Assembly: GCA_030647655.1 (NCBI GenBank)
Contig: JAUSJH010000002.1
Coordinates: 43,711 to 107,710 of the forward strand
DNA from: a bacterium
Lineage (GTDB): Bacteria > Patescibacteriota > Minisyncoccia > Phycocordibacterales > UBA2100
Length of the DNA stretch: 64,000 nt
Reading direction: 5' to 3'
Below the pieces are notes generated by a model that searched no databases, had not been told where the DNA came from, and saw only the letters and a list, made by a program, of their open reading frames with translations. Shown in pieces: positions 18,657-27,205 of the stretch (the stretch's first letter is position 1; each line of letters begins with the position of its first letter). The position numbers and the translations under genes were made by a program.

Positions 18657-19560
18657 GCCACTCCCGGACCGTTTTCGACATACGCTGCCTCTCTGACGGC
18701 TTAAACCACAGAATATCATTATTTCGTTTCCAATATGTGAGTTGGCGCTTCGCATAGCGGCGGATGTCGCGATTAAGCTTCTCTATCATCTGGGGTCTAG
18801 TCGTCTTGTTTTGGAGCAGGGAAGCGAGGGCTCGGTATTCAAGCCCGAGCTCCTCCATACGCTTGTATGAAAGTCCCTGTTTATGCAACCGTTTCGCCTC
18901 TGCAATCATTCCGAGCCTTATACGATGTGTCAGTCGCTCATGTATCCTACGTTCCAACACTTTACTTTGTAAAGCGACACCGAGCCAGCAGACATCGAAA
19001 TATGGAAACTGGAGTGACTGATTTCGTAAATCAATCATCGGAACTCGGCCGATGGAGTCGACTATTTCTAGCGCTCTAATAAGGCGGCGCTTGTTGTGAC
19101 GGTCAATATTTCTTGCACGTCGCGGGTCGCTTTTTTGCAACATGGCAAAAAGTTCGGTGGTCGACTTGTTCTCGAGCAGTGCGCGAAGCTTTTTGTTGGG
19201 CGGGACGTTGGGCAATACGATGCGGCCAACAAGTGCGTCGATATAGAATCCCGTGCCGCCGGTTACTATCGGCAATTTGCCGCGCGACGAAATATCCTCG
19301 ATCGCAGTACGGCCATGCCTCACAAAATCGTCGGCGCTAAAGTCCTTCTTTGGTGATGCGATATCAAGCAGGTGGTGGGGCACGCCTTTCATTTCACGCT
19401 TTGTGATTTTACCCGTGCCGATATCGAGACCTCGATACACCTGCCGCGAATCCGCGGAAATTATCTCTCCATCAAAGCGGCGCGCGAGCTCGACCGCGAG
19501 CGCGCTTTTGCCAGAGCTGGTCGGGCCGACGATTATTAACACCTTTTGTTTCTTGTTCAT
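18646..19560 (-). CDS. miaA: tRNA dimethylallyltransferase
   Basis: P-loop LIIVGPTSSGKSALAVELA, SADSRQVYRGLDIGTGK, and the HHLLDI motif. Confidence 0.9.
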   Translation of the reverse strand: MNKKQKVLIIVGPTSSGKSALAVELARRFDGEIISADSRQVYRGLDIGTGKITKREMKGVPHHLLDIASPKKDFSADDFVRHGRTAIEDISSRGKLPIVTGGTGFYIDALVGRIVLPNVPPNKKLRALLENKSTTELFAMLQKSDPRRARNIDRHNKRRLIRALEIVDSIGRVPMIDLRNQSLQFPYFDVCWLGVALQSKVLERRIHERLTHRIRLGMIAEAKRLHKQGLSYKRMEELGLEYRALASLLQNKTTRPQMIEKLNRDIRRYAKRQLTYWKRNNDILWFKPSERQRMSKTVREWLKK

Positions 19561-19593
19561 TGCTGGCGTATTATAGACGCTCTGCCCGCCTCT

Positions 19594-19607
19594 CCGCCAA
19601 TTGGCGG
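19594..19607. promoter_or_regulatory. perfect 14-bp palindrome CCGCCAATTGGCGG upstream of parB
   Basis: A perfect inverted repeat. It shares CCGCCA/TGGCGG arms with the two other sites at 20771 and 20846. Confidence 0.3.
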
Positions 19608-19622
19608 ATTCGGCGCGGCAAT

Positions 19623-19644
19623 GCTGGGATGGCGGAATTGGTAG
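19623..19644 (+). repeat. 22-nt near-identical copy (21/22) of the 5' end of tRNA-Leu(CAA), not part of a foldable tRNA
   Basis: GCTGGGATGGCGGAATTGGTAG here against GCCGGGATGGCGGAATTGGTAG at 19702-19723. No complementary 3' acceptor strand lies downstream. Confidence 0.6.
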
Positions 19645-19701
19645 TGCTGGGACATCGGTGCCATGATAGCGAAGGTCATTACAGGTTAAGATTCACAATA
19701 A

Positions 19702-19783
19702 GCCGGGATGGCGGAATTGGTAGACGCGCACGACTCAAAATCGTGTATCGCAAGATGTGAGAGTTCGAGTCTCTCTCCCGGCA
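19702..19783 (+). tRNA. tRNA-Leu (anticodon CAA)
   Basis: Acceptor GCCGGGA/TCCCGGC. Anticodon stem CACGA/TCGTG with loop CTCAAAA. Long variable arm. T-arm GAGAGTTCGAGTCTCTC. Confidence 0.85.
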
Positions 19784-19804
19784 CAATGGTATAATTCTTT
19801 TCAT

Positions 19805-20830
19805 ATGGACAGTCCGTATCAAGGCGATTCGATTTTCTGGGTGGAGGTGGAGCGCATAAAGCCTAATCCGTTTCAGCCACGCAAAATCTTCGATGAAGCG
19901 GCACTTTCATCGCTCGCGGAATCCATCCGCCAGTACGGCGTCCTCCAGCCACTCACTGTGACGCGCAAGGAGATAGAGCGGCCCGGTGAGGGTATATACG
20001 TCGAATACGAGCTTATAGCAGGCGAGCGGCGTCTACGCGCCGCTCGCATCGCTGGCATCGTTCAGGTGCCCGTTGTCATCCGCCATGGCGAGGATTCAGA
20101 CCGGATGAAGCTCGAGCTCGCGATCATCGAGAATTTGCAGAGAGAAGATCTCAATGTCGTGGACCGTGCTATCGCGTTCGAGCGATTGACCAAAGAATTC
20201 GGGCTCAAGCACATCGAGGTGGGGAAACGCGTGGGCAAAAGCCGAGAATACGTCTCCAACACCCTGCGCATCCTCCTTCTTCCGCAGTACATGCGAGACG
20301 CACTTGCCGCGGGCGAGATCAGCGAGGGCCACACCCGCCCCCTCCTCATGCTTATAGATCGCCCAGCGGAACAAAAGACATTCTTCCAAGAAATAATCAC
20401 GCGTCGTATGACGGTGCGCGATGCAGAACAATTCGCGCGCCGGATAGCGACAGAACGTACAAGAAAGCCTGACCTCACCCCAGAGCTATTGCTCCTCGAA
20501 CGCGAGTTTACCGAGAAATTGGGCACGCGGGTGCGCATCGAGAAGAAGGACCAAGGCGGCAAAGTCCTCATTGATTTCTTTTCGGTGGACGACCTCGCAC
20601 ACATTAGGGACGTCTTGAATCGGGAACATGAAGTACGCGCGCCATCCGCGCCTGCAGAAGCACCGTCTTCAGCGCAAGTACAGAATGAAAGTCCGATAGC
20701 AGAAGCGGCTCCTTCGGAGCCGGAGGAGAAGAAAAATACTCCTTCTGTCTCCGGACAAGAAACGGGTTCTCCGCCAGCTGGCGGATCACCGCAAGACGAC
20801 CTCTATTCGATAAATAATTTCAGCGTTTAG
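19805..20830 (+). CDS. parB: ParB/Spo0J-like partition protein
   Basis: ParB N-terminal box (VERIKPNPFQPRK...LAESIRQYGVLQPL...YELIAGERRLRAA), an HTH region, and a low-complexity Pro/Ala/Ser/Glu C-terminal tail. ATG start chosen just after tRNA-Leu; the track's GTG start overlaps the tRNA. Confidence 0.85.
   Translation: MDSPYQGDSIFWVEVERIKPNPFQPRKIFDEAALSSLAESIRQYGVLQPLTVTRKEIERPGEGIYVEYELIAGERRLRAARIAGIVQVPVVIRHGEDSDRMKLELAIIENLQREDLNVVDRAIAFERLTKEFGLKHIEVGKRVGKSREYVSNTLRILLLPQYMRDALAAGEISEGHTRPLLMLIDRPAEQKTFFQEIITRRMTVRDAEQFARRIATERTRKPDLTPELLLLEREFTEKLGTRVRIEKKDQGGKVLIDFFSVDDLAHIRDVLNREHEVRAPSAPAEAPSSAQVQNESPIAEAAPSEPEEKKNTPSVSGQETGSPPAGGSPQDDLYSINNFSV
20771..20784. promoter_or_regulatory. 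perfect 14-bp palindrome CCGCCAGCTGGCGG in the 3' end of parB
   Basis: Same arm sequence as the 19594 site, and followed by GAT. Confidence 0.3.
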
Positions 20831-22398
20831 CCGGATTTCTTTTTTCCGCCAAAGGCGGATCCGCCTTTGGCGGATGCTTCCATAGCGGCGAGCGCCGCGC
20901 GGATATGTTTCTTTGCCATATTGGTCTTTGCGATATCGTGCCATTTTCGGGAGGGTTTTGCCGACGGCTTGGTGATTATTTCGACCATATCTCCGTTGCG
21001 CAAAGCGGTCTCGAGCGAAACCATTTTGCCGTTCACGCGTGCGCCAGACATTCTGTTGCCCAAATCGGAATGGACCGCGTAGGCGAAATCAATGGGCGTT
21101 GCCGCGACGGGCAGGTCTATGACATCTCCTTTGGGAGTGAAAACGAACACTCGATGACTGAAGAAATCGGACTTGAGAGTATCGAGATACTCTTCGGAGG
21201 CCTCTCCCCCTTGATGTACGCGTGCTAGTTCCTGAAGCCACTCAGGAGTATTCTCTTTGAGAGTTACGGGCTCACTCGGTTTGGGGCCTGCGCGTCTCGG
21301 GAAAAACTGCCGCATCCATTCGAGTCCGCCGCGTTTGCCTTCTTGCCCTCCTTCCCGCATCTCCTTGTAGGTCAGGTGCGACGCGATGCCGTAGAGCGCC
21401 TCGCGGTGCTGTGCCTCGGTACGGAGTTGCATTTCCAAGGCACTCCCGTCGCCGGTATAAACCGTCGTGTGGATGCTCTGGTATCCGTTTGGCTTCGGGA
21501 AGGCAATATAATCCTTGATTTTTCCAGGTACCGGCCGCCAGTGGCCATGAATGATACCAAGGGCCGAATAACAGTCGGCGACTGACGGGAAGATAACGCG
21601 GAGTGCGAGAATGTCGTATATCTTGCTAATGTCCCGCCGACCGAGCTTCAGATAGAGGCTGTAGATACCCTTGATACGAGCCTCGGTGCGGAAGTTGCGC
21701 AGTCCCGCTTCAGCAAGCTCACGCTTGAGGTCGTGCTCGACTTTTTCGAGCCGTTTCTCGTTCTCTTTCCTGCGCTCTTTGAGAAGTTCGCGCGTTTTCT
21801 CGTATTCTTTTGGGAACGCATGGGGGAATGCCGCGTCTTCCAATTCTTGTTTGGTAACGCTCATACCGAGCCTATCGGCGATGGGAGCGTATATCTCGAG
21901 CGTCTCTTGCGCGATGCGCGTGCGTTTTTCCACTTTGGGCACGTGCCCGAGCGTGCGCGCGTTGTGGAGACGATCCATCAGTTTGATAATAAGTACGCGG
22001 ATGTCTTTGGCAGTTGCTGCAAAAAGCTTGCGGAGAGATTCTGTGTGCCGCTCGAGACCGCGATAGCGAAGCGTTCCTAATTTTGTAACACCTTCGACGA
22101 GCGAAAGGACCTCGTGCCCGAATTGTTCCTCCATTATTTTTGGCTTTATACCGGCATCCTCAATGGTGTCATGCAAAAGTCCGGCGGCTATTGCTTGCGC
22201 GTCCATACCGGCTTGCGCCAATAGGCACCCTACTTCCGCGGGATGGATGAAATATGCATCGCCCGAATAACGTTTTTGCTCTTTATGGGCCTCTTTCGAG
22301 AATTCGTACGCCTTTGTAACGAGCGCGATATCCGCCGCGCTTTTTCCCGACATTGCGGCGAGGATTTCGGAGAGGGGGCGGGGATTGACGGGACCCAT
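20827..22398 (-). CDS. bifunctional (p)ppGpp synthetase/hydrolase, RelA/SpoT family (short form)
   Basis: HD hydrolase domain (HPAEVGCLL...HDTIEDAG), the synthetase domain (RVIFP...YQSIHTTV), and a TGS domain. 523 aa, so no ACT domain. Confidence 0.9.
   Translation of the reverse strand: MGPVNPRPLSEILAAMSGKSAADIALVTKAYEFSKEAHKEQKRYSGDAYFIHPAEVGCLLAQAGMDAQAIAAGLLHDTIEDAGIKPKIMEEQFGHEVLSLVEGVTKLGTLRYRGLERHTESLRKLFAATAKDIRVLIIKLMDRLHNARTLGHVPKVEKRTRIAQETLEIYAPIADRLGMSVTKQELEDAAFPHAFPKEYEKTRELLKERRKENEKRLEKVEHDLKRELAEAGLRNFRTEARIKGIYSLYLKLGRRDISKIYDILALRVIFPSVADCYSALGIIHGHWRPVPGKIKDYIAFPKPNGYQSIHTTVYTGDGSALEMQLRTEAQHREALYGIASHLTYKEMREGGQEGKRGGLEWMRQFFPRRAGPKPSEPVTLKENTPEWLQELARVHQGGEASEEYLDTLKSDFFSHRVFVFTPKGDVIDLPVAATPIDFAYAVHSDLGNRMSGARVNGKMVSLETALRNGDMVEIITKPSAKPSRKWHDIAKTNMAKKHIRAALAAMEASAKGGSAFGGKKKSG
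20846..20873. promoter_or_regulatory. perfect 28-bp palindrome CCGCCAAAGGCGGATCCGCCTTTGGCGG just downstream of parB
   Basis: A perfect 28-nt inverted repeat lying in the convergent parB/relA junction (it codes the GGSAFGG tail of relA). Same CCGCC/GGCGG arms as the other two sites. Confidence 0.3.
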
Positions 22399-22451
22399 AT
22401 AAAAGGATAATACTGCGTGTTAGGAAGTTGGCAATGAAGGAAAACACCATG

Positions 22452-24632
22452 CTACTTTTTCAGTTTGTGAGGATTGTGATTTGGACAACTTTTATTACTG
22501 CAACGCTCAGGAATCGTCTTTGTGCCTTCCATCATGAGCGAATTGCACATTTCACACATGCGCCCAGTCGGCTTTGCTTTGATGGCATTTTTGCATTCCG
22601 GATAATTTGAGCAGGAAAAGAAAATACCGAAACGGCCACGACGCTCTACCATTTCGCCATTCCGCCGGCCGGCGGATGCACAATCGGGGCAGGCGACGCC
22701 GGTTTTCGTACGCGCTTCTTCCAAGGCATCCTTTCGCACGAATTTGCACTTCGGAAAATTCGAGCATGCAATGAATCTCCCGAAGCGGCCTTCGCGCTCC
22801 ATCAGCTTGCCGTTCTTGCACTGCGGGCATGCCTCGCCGATGTCTTTTGGTGGAGCTATTTCAGTTCCGTCTTCTTTGCGTGCGCCGAGGCATTCGGGGA
22901 ATTTGGCACAGCTCATAAAGCGGCCGTTTTTAGACAATTTGTAGACCATTGGTCCGCCGCACAGCGGGCAAGGAAATTCTTTTGGCGCGTCGCCCATATT
23001 GGTTATTTTCTCTATTTTATTCTTGCTTTTAATCGCCTTATTGAATGGGCCGTAAAAATCTTTGAGCGTCTTTTCATACTTGCGCTTTCCCTCGGCTATC
23101 TCGTCAAGCTCATTCTCCATTTCTGCGGTGAAGGTATCGCTTATGTACTCTGCGAAGTTGCCTTCGATGAATGTGGAAACGACATCGCCGGTTGCTGTCG
23201 GGAGAAGTGTGCGCCCCTGTTTGTCTACGTAGCCGCGCGTCTCGAGCGTCCTGATTATCGAGGCGTAGGTCGAGGGTCGGCCGATGCCGCGCTTCTCCAG
23301 CTCTTTCACCAAGCCCGCTTCGGAATATCTGCTTGGCGGTTGCGTCTCTTTGCCTTCTGAACGCGCTTCGACAAGCGTGAGCGCCTCACCCGCAACTGCT
23401 TTTGGCAATTCAACATCTTCTCCGCGCGCGTCGGGGTCGGCCGCGAGCCAGCCGTCGAACATCACGCGTGAGCCATTCGCGGCGAAGTCGGGAATGGAGC
23501 CATCTGTAATATTCGCGCGTATCTTCGTGCGCATTATCTTTGCATCTGCCATCTGTGAGGCGAGGGCACGGGCGCGAATGAGCGCGTACAATTTTTTCTG
23601 CTCCTCATTGTGGCCGAGACTGCGCTTGCTCGGGTCGGTCGGGCGCACCGCTTCGTGCGCCTCCTGTGCGCTTTTGCTCTTTGTCTTGTACACGCGCGCT
23701 TCGACGTACTTGTCGCCGAATTCGCTACGTGCGGCACTAATCAAATTATCCTGCGCTTCCTTTCCGAGATTCGTGCTGTCGGTGCGCATGTAGGTGATGA
23801 ATCCCGCTTCGTACAATTTTTGCGCTATGCCCATCGTGCGCGATGGCGAGAGGCCTAGGCGCGTGGATGCTGCCTGCTGGAGAGTTGAGGTCGTGAAGGG
23901 GGCTTTTGGGGTTCTCGATTGCTCCGATTCCTCGACGCCTGTCACATTCCATTTTCCGCTTTTCGCCGCTGTGAGAATTCGTTCAGCTTCTTTCTCCGTC
24001 TTCGGCTCCTCGGTGCAAATCACAGTGAATTGTTCGTTCTTCCGCGTCTTCACGTCAGCGCTTATCACCCAGAATGGCTCCGGTATGAATGCGCGTATCT
24101 CACGTTCGCGCTCCATAATGATGCGCAGTGCTGGGGATTGGACACGGCCGGCCGAAAGACCGTAGCGCACCTTTTTCCAAATGAGACCGGAGAGGTCGTA
24201 GCCGAAGAGGCGGTCCAAAACGCGCCGTGCCTCTTGAGCGTGCACAAGCTCTTCATCTATCAGGCGGGGGTGAGCTAGCGCTTCTTGCATCGCCTTCTCG
24301 GTAATCTCGTGGAATACGATGCGTTTAGGCTTTTTGAGGCCTATGGTTTCCGCCAAATGCCACGCTATCGCCTCGCCCTCGCGGTCGGGGTCGGTCGCGA
24401 GGATGACCTCATCTGCGCGCGCCGCTACTTCGTGGAGTTCGTCTATTATCTTCTGCTTCTCTTTGACGACGATATAGCGCGGGACGAACCCGTTCGCCAC
24501 ATCGACGGCGTCTTTGTTGCTCTTGGGCAAGTCGCGAATGTGGCCGACGGATGCGCGCACGGTAAAACCCTTCCCGAGATATTTCTCGATGGTCTTCGCT
24601 TTTGCGGGTGATTCAACTATTACAAGCTTCAT
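22452..24632 (-). CDS. topA: DNA topoisomerase I
   Basis: Canonical start MKLVIVESPAKAKTIEKYLG, the TOPRIM and catalytic Tyr domains, and multiple C-terminal Cys4 zinc ribbons. The upstream extension in the track was trimmed. Confidence 0.95.
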   Translation of the reverse strand: MKLVIVESPAKAKTIEKYLGKGFTVRASVGHIRDLPKSNKDAVDVANGFVPRYIVVKEKQKIIDELHEVAARADEVILATDPDREGEAIAWHLAETIGLKKPKRIVFHEITEKAMQEALAHPRLIDEELVHAQEARRVLDRLFGYDLSGLIWKKVRYGLSAGRVQSPALRIIMEREREIRAFIPEPFWVISADVKTRKNEQFTVICTEEPKTEKEAERILTAAKSGKWNVTGVEESEQSRTPKAPFTTSTLQQAASTRLGLSPSRTMGIAQKLYEAGFITYMRTDSTNLGKEAQDNLISAARSEFGDKYVEARVYKTKSKSAQEAHEAVRPTDPSKRSLGHNEEQKKLYALIRARALASQMADAKIMRTKIRANITDGSIPDFAANGSRVMFDGWLAADPDARGEDVELPKAVAGEALTLVEARSEGKETQPPSRYSEAGLVKELEKRGIGRPSTYASIIRTLETRGYVDKQGRTLLPTATGDVVSTFIEGNFAEYISDTFTAEMENELDEIAEGKRKYEKTLKDFYGPFNKAIKSKNKIEKITNMGDAPKEFPCPLCGGPMVYKLSKNGRFMSCAKFPECLGARKEDGTEIAPPKDIGEACPQCKNGKLMEREGRFGRFIACSNFPKCKFVRKDALEEARTKTGVACPDCASAGRRNGEMVERRGRFGIFFSCSNYPECKNAIKAKPTGRMCEMCNSLMMEGTKTIPERCSNKSCPNHNPHKLKK

Positions 24633-24704
24633 ATTATTGAACGCCTCTGCGTTTGAGGCGTAGTCATACTCCAGAAGACTACCACATGTCAAATCACTAA
24701 AGGA

Positions 24705-24731
24705 AAATGCTCGGCGCAAGGCCGAGCATTT
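24705..24731 (-). terminator. 11-bp stem-loop between small ORF and topA
   Basis: AAATGCTCGGC-GCAAG-GCCGAGCATTT. A weak T tract follows on the minus strand. Confidence 0.4.
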
Positions 24732-24752
24732 CAAAGGCAGCGTCCGCCTGAA

Positions 24753-24974
24753 CTACTCACGGACGAACTCCGCTGGAGCGTTGAACCGATGATCGAAGAC
24801 GTGTGTTCGATCGCCACGGTTAAGTCGAACGGCGAAGCCGTTGTACCAATCGACAATCAGCTCGAATGGCGCGTCGACACTATCGGCTTTTTCACCGGCA
24901 TGAGCAATCAGGATGCCCAGTGTCCGCAGTTGCCCAGCGCTCATCGCTATCCGTATGGGTGTATTCAATTGCAC
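24753..24974 (-). CDS. small hypothetical protein (uncertain)
   Basis: A 73-aa ORF with ordinary composition in the topA-dprA gap. A strong hairpin (24705-24731) lies just downstream on the same strand. No recognisable family. Confidence 0.25.
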   Translation of the reverse strand: MQLNTPIRIAMSAGQLRTLGILIAHAGEKADSVDAPFELIVDWYNGFAVRLNRGDRTHVFDHRFNAPAEFVRE

Positions 24975-25041
24975 GGGACTCTCCCTCGGTTAGCCGAATC
25001 AACTTCGGCGAAATGCCACTATGTATCTTTTTATACTTCTG

Positions 25042-25908
25042 TCAACGCACTCGCACCACACCCAACTCCTCCACTATCAATCCCTTTATTTCCATCGTAC
25101 TAAGCAGCACGTTGGCTTCGGAAATTGGGAGTTCGAGCTCCGTTATCAGTTCGTCGCGAGAGACTGGCGAATGGATTATCTCGAAGACACGCAATTCATC
25201 GGGAGAGAGGTCGTCGCGCAATTCTGCCCATGAAGCAGGACCTTCGCGCTTCGCGATGCCGAGCGCCACGAGGATATCTTCCGCAGATGTGGCCGCCGTG
25301 GCGCCGAGCCGCAGGAATTGGTGTGTGCCTTTGCTCTCCGCGCTGAAGATAGAGCCGGGGACGACCAGTAAGTCGCGGTTGTATTCGGTGACGAGCTTGG
25401 CCGTAATGAGCGAGCCGGATTTTTCTTTCGCCTCGATGATGAGTGTGGCATGCGAAAGCCCCGCCATTATTCTGTTGCGCTTGGGGAACATATAATCCAT
25501 CGTCTTTGCATCGGGTTTTTCTTCCGAAATGAGTGCGCCACCGGCTTTGAGTATCTCGCGTGCGAGGCCTACATTTGCCTTCGGGTACACAACATTCCAA
25601 TCCAATCCCGAGCCTGGGACGCCGACCGTCGTAAGGCCGGCATCGAGCGCGCATCGATGCGCCTCGGCATCAACTCCATACGCGAGCCCCGAAACGATCA
25701 CGATAGGGTAGCCGCGCAAGCCTTCTATCAGATGCCGGCACGCCTGTTTGCCGTAGGTACTCATCGCGCGGCTTCCGACGACCGCGAGCCATTTCTTCTC
25801 GAAGCTTGGCCACTCCCCACGCATACACAACTGCTTCGGCGCGTCAGGAATTTCCCGCAGAAGAGGCGGAAAATCAGCGGGGGAAAGCAGTTTGAGCGCA
25901 TCGTCCAT
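25042..25908 (-). CDS. dprA: DNA processing protein DprA (Smf)
   Basis: Rossmann-like DprA core (AVVGSRAMSTYG...IVSGLAYGVDAEAHRCAL...KRNRIMAGLSHATLIIEA) and a C-terminal winged helix. Start placed at MDDALKLL; the longer track ORF would run antisense through serS. Confidence 0.85.
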   Translation of the reverse strand: MDDALKLLSPADFPPLLREIPDAPKQLCMRGEWPSFEKKWLAVVGSRAMSTYGKQACRHLIEGLRGYPIVIVSGLAYGVDAEAHRCALDAGLTTVGVPGSGLDWNVVYPKANVGLAREILKAGGALISEEKPDAKTMDYMFPKRNRIMAGLSHATLIIEAKEKSGSLITAKLVTEYNRDLLVVPGSIFSAESKGTHQFLRLGATAATSAEDILVALGIAKREGPASWAELRDDLSPDELRVFEIIHSPVSRDELITELELPISEANVLLSTMEIKGLIVEELGVVRVR

Positions 25909-25930
25909 ATAATGGTATGATTTTAACATC

Positions 25931-27205
25931 ATGTTGGACATCAAATTTATACGAGAGAATAAGGACATCGTCGCGGCGGGGGCGAAGAAGAAGCGCGTCA
26001 CGGTGGATATCGACAGACTCCTTGTGGTGGACGACAAGCGACGGGAGCTCCAACTTACCATCGACCAGAAGCGCGCCGAGCAAAATACGGCTTCCGATTC
26101 GATAGCGAGCGCAAAAAATGATACGGAGAGAAAGGAGATAATAACGCGCATGCAGGGAGTGAAAGAGGTGCTTAAATCCGAAGAAGAATCAATGCAGGAA
26201 ATCATGAAAGAGTGGCGCTCTCTCATGGTGATGGTGCCGAATGTGCCCGATATGTCAGTGCCGGATGGGGAGTCTGACGCAGATAACAAGGAAGTGCGTC
26301 AATGGGGTAAGGTACCAAAATTTGATTTCGAGCCCAAGAGCCATAGTGAGCTTCTGCTCGCGAACGATATGGCCGATTACGAGCGCGGGGCCAAGGTCGC
26401 GGGCTTTCGCGGCTACTTCCTCAAGAACGATGGTGCGCGTTTGGTATGGGCGCTCGAGCGCTTTGTGCAGGACAGATTCATGACGCGCGATGGTTTTACG
26501 CCGATGATAGTACCGAGTCTTGTACGGCGAGAAAGTTTCGTCGGCACGGGATATCTGCCGCAGAGCGAGGAGGATCTCTACAAGACGCAGGACGGCGAGT
26601 ACCTCGCGGGCACCGCCGAAGTCGCCTCGATGGGGTACTACATGGGGGAGATAGTGGATAAAAAAGATCTTCCCATCAAATTTTTCTCGTTCTCGCCCTG
26701 TTTCCGTCGCGAAGCGGGGAGTCACGGCAAAGATACTAAAGGCATATTCCGAATACATGAATTTGTGAAATATGAACAGGTCGTGCTTTGCGAAGCGAGC
26801 CACGAAGAATCGGTTCGATTACATGAAGAGCTCACCACGAACGCCGAGACGCTTTTACAGGAATTGAAATTGCCCTATCGCGTTGTTGTGAATTGCGGCG
26901 GAGACCTAGGATTAGGGCAAGTGAAAAAGTATGATATCGAAGCGTGGATGCCGAGCGAGAAAAAATATCGCGAGACGCACTCATCTTCATATTTTCATGA
27001 TTTCCAGACGCGGCGGCTCAATATCCGCTATCGCGGAGAGGATGGTGTGGTCCGATACGTACACTCACTCAACAACACCGCGCTCGCGATGCCGCGTATT
27101 CTCTGTCAGATAGTAGAGAACAACCAACGCGCGGAGGGCTCGATTGCAATCCCGGAGGCACTTCGGGCGTACATGGGCAAAGATGTCATCACGAGGACTC
27201 ATTGA
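25931..27205 (+). CDS. serS: serine--tRNA ligase
   Basis: N-terminal coiled-coil arm (MLDIKFIREN...) and class II motifs (FRRE...GLGQ...). 424 aa. Confidence 0.95.
   Translation: MLDIKFIRENKDIVAAGAKKKRVTVDIDRLLVVDDKRRELQLTIDQKRAEQNTASDSIASAKNDTERKEIITRMQGVKEVLKSEEESMQEIMKEWRSLMVMVPNVPDMSVPDGESDADNKEVRQWGKVPKFDFEPKSHSELLLANDMADYERGAKVAGFRGYFLKNDGARLVWALERFVQDRFMTRDGFTPMIVPSLVRRESFVGTGYLPQSEEDLYKTQDGEYLAGTAEVASMGYYMGEIVDKKDLPIKFFSFSPCFRREAGSHGKDTKGIFRIHEFVKYEQVVLCEASHEESVRLHEELTTNAETLLQELKLPYRVVVNCGGDLGLGQVKKYDIEAWMPSEKKYRETHSSSYFHDFQTRRLNIRYRGEDGVVRYVHSLNNTALAMPRILCQIVENNQRAEGSIAIPEALRAYMGKDVITRTH

Noticed and set aside
19620-19700. Possible second tRNA-Leu upstream of tRNA-Leu(CAA)
   Set aside because: Only the 5' 22 nt are tRNA-like. 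No complementary acceptor 3' strand, T-arm or convincing anticodon stem could be folded.
22428-22452. Extended topA N-terminus (track start 24734) and extended ZIP, dprA, PAP2 and hisG N-termini
   Set aside because: The conserved family N-termini begin at internal Mets (MKLVIVESPAKA, MLFAVAAA, MDDALKLL, MTTFLASL, MSSILLPS). The upstream extensions overlap neighbouring genes or tRNAs.
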